A stretch of DNA of 64,000 nt. It comes from Marsupella aquatica (taxonomy: Eukaryota; Plantae; Marchantiophyta). The notes under the pieces were generated by a model. The model did not search any database. It was not told the DNA's origin and saw nothing but the letters and a program-made list of their open reading frames with translations. The translations under genes were made by a program, and so were the position numbers. Below are positions 1 through 11,200 of this stretch, piece by piece. The number at the start of each line of letters is the position of its first letter. The stretch's first letter is position 1. Location: positions 8,729,079 to 8,793,078 of the forward strand of contig OZ316898.1 of NCBI GenBank assembly GCA_973895155.1, read 5' to 3'.

Positions 1-1365
1 ACTCCAACTATTAAGTTGAAATTATGTCAAAACTATTTGTGAAACTATCTTGCTTATGCTTTTATATACCAGTTTAAAATGCTAGTTAAGATGACATAGT
101 CAGGTCGGCACGAAATAATTCCGACCCACTTCTAGAAACTATGTTAGTAATCACATAAAGGGGTACAGTAAGTTCTACACATGCTAGACTGTGGATAAAG
201 GTCTAGAAATGAGTAAAATATATGATCTAGAACCTAATGTGTAAATCTTAATCTAGGTTTGGCTTAAAGGTATTGAATTAGATGTAGTTGAGCTAGTACT
301 TCTAAGATAAATAAATAAAATCACTAACCTGCTCCGCAATATATCTCTGCCCACCCTTGTACAAGCTAAATGGGTACCTTGGATGCCAGCATTGTAACTC
401 TTAGCACCACAGTGCTCACCAGTGCCCTTACTAAACCTTGCATTCAACCATGCGGACCTAAACAAGGCACTCGGACAGAGGAGAGTCAGTGATCGTACCA
501 ATCACTGTCTAAATGACAATGAACCAAAAAATGGATTGTGGGAGGTCTATACTCAATTTGAGGGCAAAAAGCCCACACATTACCCAACACACGAGTGGGC
601 ACCAACAGATCGGGCACGGGTGGATGAGGCACGCACCCAGCACACAAGTAGACATCGGATAGGGTGTCAGCCAATCACTCACGAGTGATAGGTGAGTTGC
701 GAGCACACACCGCTGACAGCTTGGAAGTTTAAAATTGGTAGGTGAGTCGCGAGTGGTCGTGAGTGGTCACACCATCGGTGACTCACGATCACATGCAGCG
801 AGGAGGGTCTCCATCATTGGCGCACATTGATGCCTCCGTACCCTCTCGGATCCTTGCCTCCTTGGACTCCTCGCTCGCAGGGGGTATAGGAAGGCAGGCC
901 TTGCGCTTGAGGCCTCATTTCCTTGCCTCCTTCTTGCCTCCTCTCTCGTCTCCTCACTCCTTGCCTCCCTCTTGCCTCGCTCTAGGGCTTTTGTTTTTGC
1001 CTCGCTCTTGGGATTTTTTTTCCGCCTCGCTCTAAGGCTTTTATTTCCGCCTTGCTCCCTTCCCTTTTGGGTCGCTCCCTCAATCATTGTTTGCCTGTTA
1101 GTGCCCTCTTGCAGCCTGTGGCATTCTCCATTGCTGCCACGCGTCATCTTAAATCTCACTCGCCCCTTACAATGTCTACTTCCTCCAGTTCTGAAGCTTC
1201 CACCACCTCCGCCAGTTCTCAAGAGTCATTGAACTTCAATTATAACTCTCTGTATGAATATGACCCTGAAGACCCGGATGTCCAAAAATTGGTTAACAAT
1301 GCGTTGGAGGCGTCAAAGAAAGCGCAGTTAACTTTTCCACGTAAGGCACCACCTGCTTCAACTTC

Positions 1366-2014
1366 TTGCCTCGCCCTAAGGGCGAGGCAACTTTACTTTA
1401 ATTTGGATTCAAACTTCTTATTAGGAAAATTTCTATATTCCTTTGCAGTCGCCTCGCCCCAAGGTCGAGGCGACGTCTACTTCATTCTAGATTTCTTGTT
1501 GCTCCGAAGGCATATTGGACCTTGTATCTTACATTAATAAAGGATCTTTAGCTATATTCTATTTTTTTCCTCGCTCTTGGGGCGAGGCAATGTCGTCTAC
1601 ATTCCCAAAAGTTGCCTTGCCCTTGGGGCGAGGCGATGTTATCTGCATTCCTAAATGTTGTCTGCATTCCCAGAAGTTGCCTCGCCCTTGGGGCGAGGCG
1701 ATGTCCTCTACATTCCTAAATGTTGTCTGCTTTCCCAGAAGTTGCCTCGCCCTTGGGGCGAGGTGATGTCCTCTGCATTCCTAAATGTTGTCTGCTTTCC
1801 CAGAAGTTGCCTCGCCCTTGGGGCGAGGCGATGTTGTCTGCATTCCTAAATGTTGTTTGCTTTCCCAGAAGTTGCCTCGCCCTTGGGGCGAGGCGATGTC
1901 GTCTGCATTCCTAAATAATGTTTGATTGCTTGGATGAGGTGGCAGGGCAAATTGCACTAGGAGCAAAGAAGATTTTGCAATCTTCTATTTGTCGCCTCGC
2001 CCCAAGGGCGAGGC
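1366..2014. repeat. Array of 21-bp palindromes GCCTCGCCC-NNN-GGGCGAGGC, including a 65-bp tandem unit (~5 copies, ~1590-1915)
   Basis: Copies start at ~1368, 1451, 1569 (degenerate), 1614, 1679, 1744, 1809, 1874, 1994; 65-bp period between 1614 and 1874. Confidence 0.95.
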
Positions 2015-3057
2015 ACCTTGAAAGTTTTCCACATGTCAATGTTAAAAATATGATGCTGACCATTTTGTTTTCAATGTTTCTTACCAGAAAAAAATCTTGA
2101 GAAGCCGGAGTTAAATATTATGGACGAGGATATCAAGGACTTTGTTTTCCCTGACCAAGATACTCCAGGATTTAGATGGGCACTAGAAGTTGGGGTGTCG
2201 ACGGAAGGCAGTCTCTTGATTTGTTTCAAGGGCCTCACGAGTCAATTGAATGACCGCAAGACAATTGTTACTCTAGGTCCAGTCATCCTTGTGAACACGG
2301 ACAACAACCGCAATGCAACGATTATTGTTGAGTCCAATGAGAAATCTCAGTGGATGAGACTTCTGGTGCCAATAAAACTCTACTCGACTTAATTTACTGA
2401 ATGTTGAGTGGATGGCTCGATTGGAGATAAGCGTAGCTGATATGGGATTCTTCCCAGATGGAGTAACAATTGATTAGATGTTTGAGAAGACGCGTTCTCA
2501 AATAAGTGGAGTTGACCTAGTGTTTGGATTTCTCTACGTAAAGAAGCACATGCATGACAATGCGGACAGTGTGGACCCTCCGTCTACTTGGATAGTTCAA
2601 AGGATGATTGAGAAGGCACATTTTTCATACGAGCAAGCAATCGACAAGAGTTTCATTTTTTGTCCAGAGTTTCAAGAGGCCGCGTGCCGGACGTGGATTT
2701 CAGAGATGAAGAAAAAAGAAGCAAAGCATAAGGCAAAGGAGAGAAAGAAGACAGTGGAAAGAAGTGTGCAATCAAAGACAGAAGAAACAAAAGCTTCAAG
2801 AGCCGGTTGTTCAACAAGAGAAACAATCTGGGAGTTCACGCCGTAAGAACATGGCTAAAAAAATTGAAGATGATGAGGGCCCCCAAAAAAAGCAGACAAA
2901 GAAGGCAAAGGTTGCGAAATCAAAACCAATGTCAGGGTTGACTTCAAACTTTGTCTTGCATCTAGAGGATGATATGTGTCCGACAGAAGGACCCAAAGAA
3001 GATGATGTGCTCAAAGGCCAAGAGGTTTTGCGTAATATTGAGCAGTATTATACTTTT

Positions 3058-3500
3058 GGCATCCGCAAAGTTTTTGATATTCCTGTAAAAAGTATTAATC
3101 CGCCATCGGCCGTTTTTGTATATCAAATGTTCAATCTTTTGCATGCAATGGAGATATCAAAGTCTATGATGAAAAACCCTGGACATGAACCACAAGTTGC
3201 TGATTTGATTCCGTATCGCGAGAGCACTAAACAGTTGCTTCATTATGACAACACACCTCAGGATAGGAAAGAGTTTTTGATTGGTGTGAAGAAGCATGAG
3301 ATCCAATTCCTTGCCATCAGTGGCCAGCATTCTGCAAGAGCTGCCCAATGGATCCAAGGGTGGGCCGAGACTGACGCCAAGCTGACAGATCTTGCCAACA
3401 AACTAAAGTATAGGAAAGCAAGGATCCTATCTGACCTCACTCCGAAGACAATTTTGGTTGAGCATTCAAGTTTATCGAATGCTGTCAATGATACTATGCA
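3058..3500 (+). other. ParB/Sulfiredoxin-like (DGQHR-type) domain segment
   Basis: VFDIPVKSINPP...EISKSMMKNPGHEPQV...FLAISGQHSARAAQ...RKARIL...SN follows the ParB N-domain pattern (IPIxxIxP ... LxxSIxxxG...P ... IxGxHRxxA ... N). The GQHR arginine is replaced by S. Confidence 0.5.
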
Positions 3501-3686
3501 ATTTAAGTCTTGTTTTTTAGAGACTATTGTTCATGCACAAAGGCAGTTTGAGGAGTGCGAGAAACCGCCGCGTCCAGGGATTGGGACCAATCAAAATACA
3601 GACAGGAAAAACTATCAGGTACATGTTGGAGCAACGCAAACTATTCTTGATCCGCTTTGTTTAAAGATTGTCAATGGTAGAGGTTT

Positions 3687-3869
3687 GCCTCGCCCCAAGG
3701 GCGAGGCTGCCTTTTCTTGTTTTCCTTGGTTAGAAGCAGATTAAAGCAAATGTTTGCCTCGCCCTCAGGGCGAGGCAACCTAGACTAGTCTCTCTAAGAA
3801 TAATTTCCTAGTTCCGTTTCAGTCAATTGCGGTGAGATGTAGAGGTTCGCCATGCCCTTGGGGCGAGGC
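3687..3869. repeat. Three more copies of the same 21-bp palindrome in predicted intron 2
   Basis: gcctcgccccaagggcgaggc (~3687), gcctcgccctcagggcgaggc (~3756), gccatgcccttggggcgaggc (~3849). Confidence 0.9.
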
Positions 3870-4635
3870 GGCTTAGCCTGTTTCAAACATAGGTATAAAT
3901 TTTCTAACATATGCATTGTACCCTGAAACTAATGTCAAGTCCATTGGATGTGCAGGATTGGTTTGCCCTGGCAAAGGTTACAATGGGGAAGTCAAGCCTA
4001 AAGAGCATTTATTGGTTACTTTTGAAGATGAGCTCTTTGAATTATGGCGGAACGTGTGTGAAAAATGGTTGAGTGGGAAGCTCCAAGACGGGGCTGGTGG
4101 GTATGGAGGGCCAAGACCCCCAAAATTGATCACTCCCGGTACCTTTCGATGCTTTGATGGAGAGATTAGTAGCAAACAGATAATTGAGATCTTGAAGGAC
4201 GTTGAAGAGGAGCGTGTCTTGCTGAAGAAGGATATCACCAACAAATCAGAGCTTGTCGCAATGGGAGACTTGGCCCTTACAATCAAGATAATGTCCAAAT
4301 TGAGAACAGTCATTATTGGCTATTTTGTGGAAAAGTATCGTGAGAAGTTTCCTGTTGGCACATCTTGGGAGTCTCTGGTGATATTGTTGCCTTCCTTGAA
4401 ATCTGAGCTTGAGATGACAAAATTGAGGAGAGCAGCGGGTGAGGTTTACCTCAACAATTCATTGAAGAAGAATGTGGTCAAAGAGAGTTTCCCACAAAGT
4501 CTGATGGTCAGACTAGATGGGTTGTATTGTAAAGAATTTGGTGGGATTGGTCATTCTCGCACGGAGCCTTTCTTGACATTTTTTAGTGATAATTTGATGA
4601 AGACAACCGTGCCGGAAATGCTACAAGAGCCTTTG

Positions 4636-5340
4636 CCTTTGTGTCCTCTTGCCATTGTTGACTTTAGTAGGCTCCGACAATATGTTTGGATCGATGCTAA
4701 AATTATTGCATTACTGCAATACATTGTGGATCTTCCAAGAAATCCAACAATTGTTGTTGTCATGACTGTGCATCCGGGGCCACTTGCTGCAAACATTTTG
4801 AGTGCCCTTAGGAAATTGCAACATGAAAAGGGAATGGACATCCACGTTGACTACGGGAGCTATCGACGGAGTGATACACCAGTTCCAGAGGGCTTACTTT
4901 TCAGTTGTGGTATGGAGGAGATAATCTTTGCAGGAATCACCACTGAGGAGAAATTTGATTGGAAGCAAGTGTTCAGGCCTGGATTTAATTGCCAATTTTC
5001 TTACAATTTGGCGATCGACCCTGATTTCCAAGTGGAAGACAAGACGGAGAAGCGAGATAAGAATAAGAGTAAGACAAGTAAGGAGATAGAGACTGAGTCA
5101 ACTTCGGCATTTCACATTGGAGATTTCTTACGAAAGGCTCCCATGTTTGAGATGGTGGGAAGTAGAGGTGGCTTTGTGAATATTCACGCTAAGCCAAAAT
5201 GTATGCTACAGAGTATTATTGAATTTTTTTCGGCTGAAAGGGAGACTATACTTGACTTTTTCTCGGGAGGACAGGTTATGAAGGTGTCATTGTTGTGTTT
5301 CAGAGAATGCTTTGCGTATTCAGACACTGAGGATGAATAT
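4636..5340 (+). other. Beta-class amino-methyltransferase (N6_N4_Mtase-like) fold, catalytic motif degenerate
   Basis: HAKPKCMLQSIIEFFSAERETILDFFSGG...SLLCFRECFAYS matches the HPtxKPxxLxxxLIxxxS.xGDxVLDPFxGSG...GRxxxGxE C-terminal block. Upstream CPLAIVDFSR sits where motif IV (DPPY/SPPY) is expected, and EEIIFAG matches the internal ExIxxxxK block. Confidence 0.6.
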
Positions 5341-6585
5341 GATTTCACTCAGGCATATGGAAGGGTTCTCTACGAGAAAGTTCCTTCCATAATGAGTGAC
5401 CGGATGGTCGGTTCCCAATTTGGTAGAGCCCGCGATGGGGTTTCCGAGCATGTTGGTGCCAAAGAAGGCGTAGACCAGGGCGAAGATGATATTGAGGAAG
5501 GAGAATTGGGTCACGACACATACGACAGGGTCACCCAAAATTTGGATGAACGTGGAACACAAGTGGTAGGTATTCCCTACTTTGGTGTGGGGTTGGCCGA
5601 TGTTGTGGGTCGACCTGAGGGCGACTCACCAAGAAATCTCTTTGCCGGTGTAGAGAATTGGATGCACCAATCGGACCCAGATCTTACATTGTCCACATCG
5701 GACGCACATTGGAAGGCAACCGCAGATGGTCTAGGCAATATTGACGCAGTAGAATTGGGAGAAATGTCAAACATTGCGCTTGCAAAGGAGGATGATCGTC
5801 AAGTACCTGAGACCGTTGCAAATGAAGAAGAGAAGGCAGGTGCTTCAAATCCTCCCCTGTCTCCTCTATATTGCTCATCAGAGACTAAATTGGTTTTTAC
5901 AAGTGCTTCTACAGGAAGCCCTGTAGTATTATCATTTTCACAAAATTTTGGATCCGAGATCGGCAGGACTAGATATATGAAAACAGTCCGTCCTGCAACT
6001 CATTTTATATGGAGAAATGGACCAAAGGTTGGAATGATAGAATCACTAGACGATGCTCCAAAGATAATGGCAAAATCAGATTACAAAAAACTGAACTTGA
6101 GACTGAGCCCAGTTTTTGCACCCCCATCCTTTGAAGAGCAACTTCCCAGTGGTATCAATTCTGAGATACAGAGTGTTCTAGGTGATCAAACAATAGATGA
6201 ATTTGGGCATTTTAGCATTGGAAATTATTAGCCCTTTCTTTGGTTCTTGGTATTTTAATGACAATCTAAGCTTTATCTTTGTAATAATATACATTTTTAT
6301 AGACCAAAGTTTCGTCGTAGAATCTCCTTCCTCAAAGGATTTTATTGGCATTCCCTCGAAAAGCGTTGCTGTGGAGGAAGGGTTTGACCCAGGTATACTT
6401 TGGATCTAAAAAATGGCAAGTGAATGTAATTAATGTTTTTCTAGGAGGGTCGCCCCAGGGTCGTTCCTCTCTACTTCAAATGCTATAACAAAGTTTGTTT
6501 GATTTCAAATTTTGAGAGTTTTCCTCCATAGTAATTGTTTAAACTTTGAGTCGCATTGACTAAGGGCTTATTTTAATGTTTCCAG

Positions 6586-7624
6586 AATTCACTCCAATAC
6601 TACACTCTCCGATCCGGCGAAAGCTCTTGGTTCTTGACCTTAACAAGATTTGTTGGGATTGCATTAAGACCAGAAGCTCAGGACCATGGCAAAATCAGAC
6701 AAGTTTACGTGGTGTGCACTGGGGGAGACGTGGAGGGTTTAATTTCATGTATGTGGAGCGCCCATACCTCCACAAATTTCTATATGCAGCTTTCATGGTT
6801 TTTGATGTCGCAATTTGGACCTGTGCAAGGAGGCCAAAAACAATGGACTTAATGGAGTTGATTTTCACTGAGGAGGAGCGACAGAAGTTCAAGTTTGTCT
6901 TTACTCAAGAAGATACCTTTGATAGTTGCATCCAAAGGCCAGATATAACAGATGGGAAGGCCAATTTACTTCTGAAGAATTTGCAAACCATTTGGGACCG
7001 TTTTCCAGAAAATATGATGCTTCTAATACAGTTCTTATTGATGATTCTCCATTGAAGGCATTTTTGAATTATGACGAGAATGGATTGTTTCCAAATCCAT
7101 TTACTCACACAGCTTCAAATGACACTTTTTTGCCCGAGATATTATGGCCGTATCTTTGCAAATTGAGAAAGGCTTACTGCGTTCAACATTATATCACTGT
7201 CAACAATCCAAAGTGGTCTGTTTTCAATTTATTAACAAGCAAGGAGGATCATGTTGCCATCTATGCTCGTTTGGAACAGAAGTGGGGAGATTGTCGTTGT
7301 ATCCATAAGGAGTTTGGAACCATCTTGGATGTGACTCCTGAAGAGATTCCTTGGGACGGAAAGAACGAGGTGCAACATTACCCACCACTAGAGACGTGGA
7401 CCACGGATGAGATCGAAGAAACTGCAAACGTAATACTTGGAGACAACTATTCTGGTCCTCATACACAAAATAGAAGGCATTTTATTTGGAAAGTTCTCAG
7501 AACTAGGGATCTCACCAATAAGTTTAAGAACCACCATGCGAGAGATACTTGCAACCGTGACATCCGCTATGATAAATCAGGAAGTAGACTTTCTTGTTCA
7601 AATGAGTTTTGTCTTGATCATTAG
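6586..7624 (+). pseudogene. FCP1/NIF (NLI-interacting factor) HAD phosphatase-like domain, one frameshift near 7010
   Basis: KLLVLDLNK..., YVERPYLHKFL, FDVAIWTCA, LLKNLQTIWDRF then (other frame) YDASNTVLIDDSPLKAFLN are NIF-family motifs. DLN replaces DxD. Confidence 0.75.
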
Positions 7625-8279
7625 GAGATAGGGTTGCTCTAGTGCCTACCCTGAATTGTACATTCATATTATGTCAAAGGATATGTTTTGAACATGTAGG
7701 ATAATGTAAATAATTAGGATATGCTTAGTGTGAGGCTCTCTCACTGGATTGGACAATTTAATAATTATATAGTGGGTCAATCTCATTTTGACCCTTGATT
7801 TATGACCATCTATATTTTTTAATTTATAGATGGTCTGAGTGGTATTGGCCTCTGATTTTTGGACTAAATTAAATTTACTCTAATTTTTAAATTAATAGAA
7901 TATATGATTTAAGTTATTATTAAACATTTGGGTGAAAAAAATAAAATTTGGGCGTTCAAAAGTGTATATTTGGGCTGAAAAAAATTAGCTTTTGGGAATG
8001 CTTTAATAGAAATTTGGCCTGAAAAAAAATAACTTTAGGGTTCATCTTATGGACTTTTAAAAGTACAGTTTTAATGAATGCCGCGTCCCTAACCTGGGCC
8101 TTAAATCCAGTTTAGTGCCATGGTGCGACCTCGACCACCAGTAGGGGTGAGGGTTCGGGCAAGGAGGTGTGTAGTGTCCCCGATTAGCCCTAAGTCGGGC
8201 TAAGCCGATATACTTACTGGTATAACGCTTAAGCTATTCGTACTAGTCATAGGTATCTTTTATCTTCCACCGCTGGAAT

Positions 8280-11200
8280 TGTGATGCCTAGACAGGAATC
8301 ACTCGGCCGGTTAAGTGGGTAAAGCAGGAAGGCACCCTAGGAACACCTTAGTATAGTGACAAAACAAGGAAAATATAAACAATTAGGGGCAACCATGGAA
8401 CCCGGGCAGAGGCCGGAGGTAAGGCTGAGGGTGAAAACCCGATTAGGGTTAGGGCGCGTTAAGCGTCGGCGGCTAGGAAGGATCAACGGGAAGAAGGACC
8501 GGCAGAGGAGAGGGGTAAGGAGCGCTTGCAGGAGATGGTGGCTCATTTGCGAGCACGAACTAGGCAGACGACTACGGGAGGCCAACTACTGTCAGCTGCT
8601 TAGGCAAGCACTCGGGGAGAGAGTAGATACCGACGATCGACCTAAGGAGGGTATGAGCAACGTCAATCAAGCGGCACATTTCTGGGGATGCCTGTTCGAA
8701 CGGGCAACTGAGTACATCAAGACTTACGAGGACGAGGAGTCAGAAAGGGCAGCTCGAGAACGGCAGGAGCTCGCTCGATTGTGGGAGCTGCAGAAGACGG
8801 CTTTCTTAGGAGGCGAACTCATCAAGGACGAGTTCCTATGGACGCCTACTTCCAATCAACCCGACGATCTTCTGTTTTGCAAAGACAGCGTCGTCGGCAT
8901 CCGAGAGGCCATCAAGAACTGCAACGACATACACTGGGAATTAAAGGGTAGCACGGAAAGGTGGACCCGGGCAACGGTGCTAGGAGAAACCTCCACGGCA
9001 GCAGAGATGAAGAGGAAGGGGGCCGTCAACGATGAAGCCACCCCGGCAAAAAGAACGAGGTCGGCGGCACCAAAGAAGCCAGCCGAGCAGCAGAGCAAGG
9101 GGCAGGGAGAAGCCGAAGAGGAGGAGGTCGATCCCATCAAGGCCATTCCAACCAGGGATGACACCTGGAAGGGCTGGGCGGCAACCCTACCGGTGGAGGT
9201 GCAACTACATTTTGCACGGGAGGAGGATGCATGCTTTACGGCCATGCAGACCAAGAAGTACCAAGGCTTCATGGCCGGATCCAGCTTGGAGGCCTTTGTA
9301 AGATTACCATGGCTGAAGCCGGAGGTACCGGAGTCAGACCTATTAGAATTCGTGGGGTCATGGGAACCCGAGACCAATTGCACGAGGATATATGGGAAGG
9401 ATTTCTATCTTACTCCCAAGGTGATTGCCGAAGTGTTTGGCTTGCCGATGGGCAATAAGACCAAAGTTGATACCAGGAAGACCTTGCCTGACAAGGAGTT
9501 CCGGTCGTTCCCCGGGCCATCAACGAAGAATGGCTTCTTCCGGAACACCTGCACCAACCCGCACATAGGAGAGATGATCGACTTCTTGCGGGTGACCATG
9601 CATTGTAACTTACCGAGGGCAGAGATCGGCAAGGCACAGGTCTATCTGGCAGAAAGGCCAGACCCAAGCCGGGACTACAACGGGTACCTCCTCAACCAAT
9701 TGAAGAAGATCTTAAAGGAGGAGCAGCAGGTAATCGGCATGGGGAGCGTGTCGCGGCTTGGCTATCACATGCCGCTGTTGTGCCGGTATGCCAGAGGTCA
9801 GACTTTTGCCCCGGTACTTCCCCTGCAGGTAAGGGCACCCGAGGAAACTCCAACGCCGAGGCCGTTGGCTGAGAAGCCTCAACCACCTGTTAGTCCTACG
9901 ATCGAGCAGGTGTTTAGGCCCAAGAAGGAAGACTTGCCGATGCAGCAACCAGGCATGCAGAGTCTGCTGAAACTACTGGAGAAAGAAAAGAAATCGGCAT
10001 CGGCAACAACAACGGCAACGGCAACAATGCAGGACACTACTACAGAGGTAGGCCTACACCGGCTCACAAGAGAAAACCCCTTTGCTGGAGACAAGAAGAG
10101 AATCAGGCCGGAATCCAAGCCAGGTGTTCGAATGTACGTGGGAACCTCAACCTCCAAATCTGAGGCAGAATTGCCTGAAGCTCCTACCGAGGAAGAGGAG
10201 AGGGAGAAGCCGGACGTCCAAGAGGTAGAGGAGGCAGTGGAGGACTGCAACCATGATAATTCCGGCTATGGGTCGGACCATCACGTTCCAGGAGTAAGGA
10301 CCTGTGGCCGGTTTGTCCCCACACTTCCAAGGGTAGTGCGAGGGGACCCCAACCAGCAGAGTAGCCCTGAGTCTCCCCCACCAGATGTCGCTCCCCCGAG
10401 CTTCGACGGCATAAAACAGACGGTGCAGGAATTTCAGGAGCGAATCAAGCAGGAGGAAGAGGCCGCCCTGGCTAAGGAAAAGGATTTACCAGGAGGAGAT
10501 TGGCCGGAGGACATCAGGCGGCTAGCCGAAAAAGGAAGCAAACCTCTAGCCACGATTGAAGAGATCCGCAGGACGGCGTGGGAGCAGAGGCCACGATGGG
10601 CGATGCCGATCACTTCTACTTACTCCACCTACGCTAAGAATAGAGCCATGGAGTATGGTGAGATGTGTGGGGAACTTGCGCTCGGCATCTTTGGAGAGGA
10701 GTTGGAGGTAGGACCCTTTTTTCATAGGGAGCAGTTGGAGAAGCACCAATTAGAAGAAGCGGTGGCTTTAGAGAGAAGCAAGAAGGACGAGGTCATTCGG
10801 CGGCTTAGGAGGATGGAAGCCGAGATTGAAGATCTAAGGGCGGCCAAGAAAGCCCAAGATGAACTGCGGATTAAACGACATGAGCTGAACATCATGCAGG
10901 GGCAGTTGGACGCCGCGCAGGCTGATAATCAGAATATCAAGGATAAACTGACTCAGACACAGGAAGAGTTGGCCGACACGATCAAAGAGAGGGAAAAGTG
11001 GAAGCAAGAGCTGAAGAATACAGAGGAGGCCCACATAACAGCCAACAGCCGGGCCATGGCGGAGACCCAAAGAAAGGAATGGGCATTGAAAGGGGAGCTC
11101 GAGAAAATCCGCGGAGCCCTTGAGCAGAAGGAGGTCGAGTTAGGGAAATCCTATCAAGGGATTATGGCGCTGCAGCAGGAGCTTGCGTCCCTGACGGCCA

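Larger units (their letters stand above)
1172..7624 (+). pseudogene. Degenerate multi-exon gene, probably TE-borne: ParB/Srx-like domain + DNA N4C/N6A methyltransferase-like fold + FCP1/NIF HAD phosphatase-like domain
   Basis: ATG at 1172. Phase-compatible GT-AG introns predicted at 1341-2087 (phase 1), 3619-3955, ~6152/6182-6302 and 6393-6585 (phase 1). Coding segments in ORFs 2120-2392, 2478-2846, 2764-3618, 3916-6231, 6576-7055 and 6926-7624, broken by frameshifts and stops. Joining into one gene is inferred from splice phases. Confidence 0.55.

Noticed and set aside
1590-1915. Regularly spaced palindromic repeats resembling a CRISPR array
   Set aside because: The sequences between palindromes are near-identical (65-bp tandem unit), there are no unique spacers or cas genes, and the context is a eukaryotic intron.
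8170-8182. Alternative solo-LTR terminus TGTAGTGTCCCC
   Set aside because: No matching TSD with the 27480 end, whereas 8079 gives a perfect ATGAA duplication.
8441-8454. Telomere-like TTAGGG repeats in the LTR
   Set aside because: Only two units, encoding RLGLG in the ORF; not significant.
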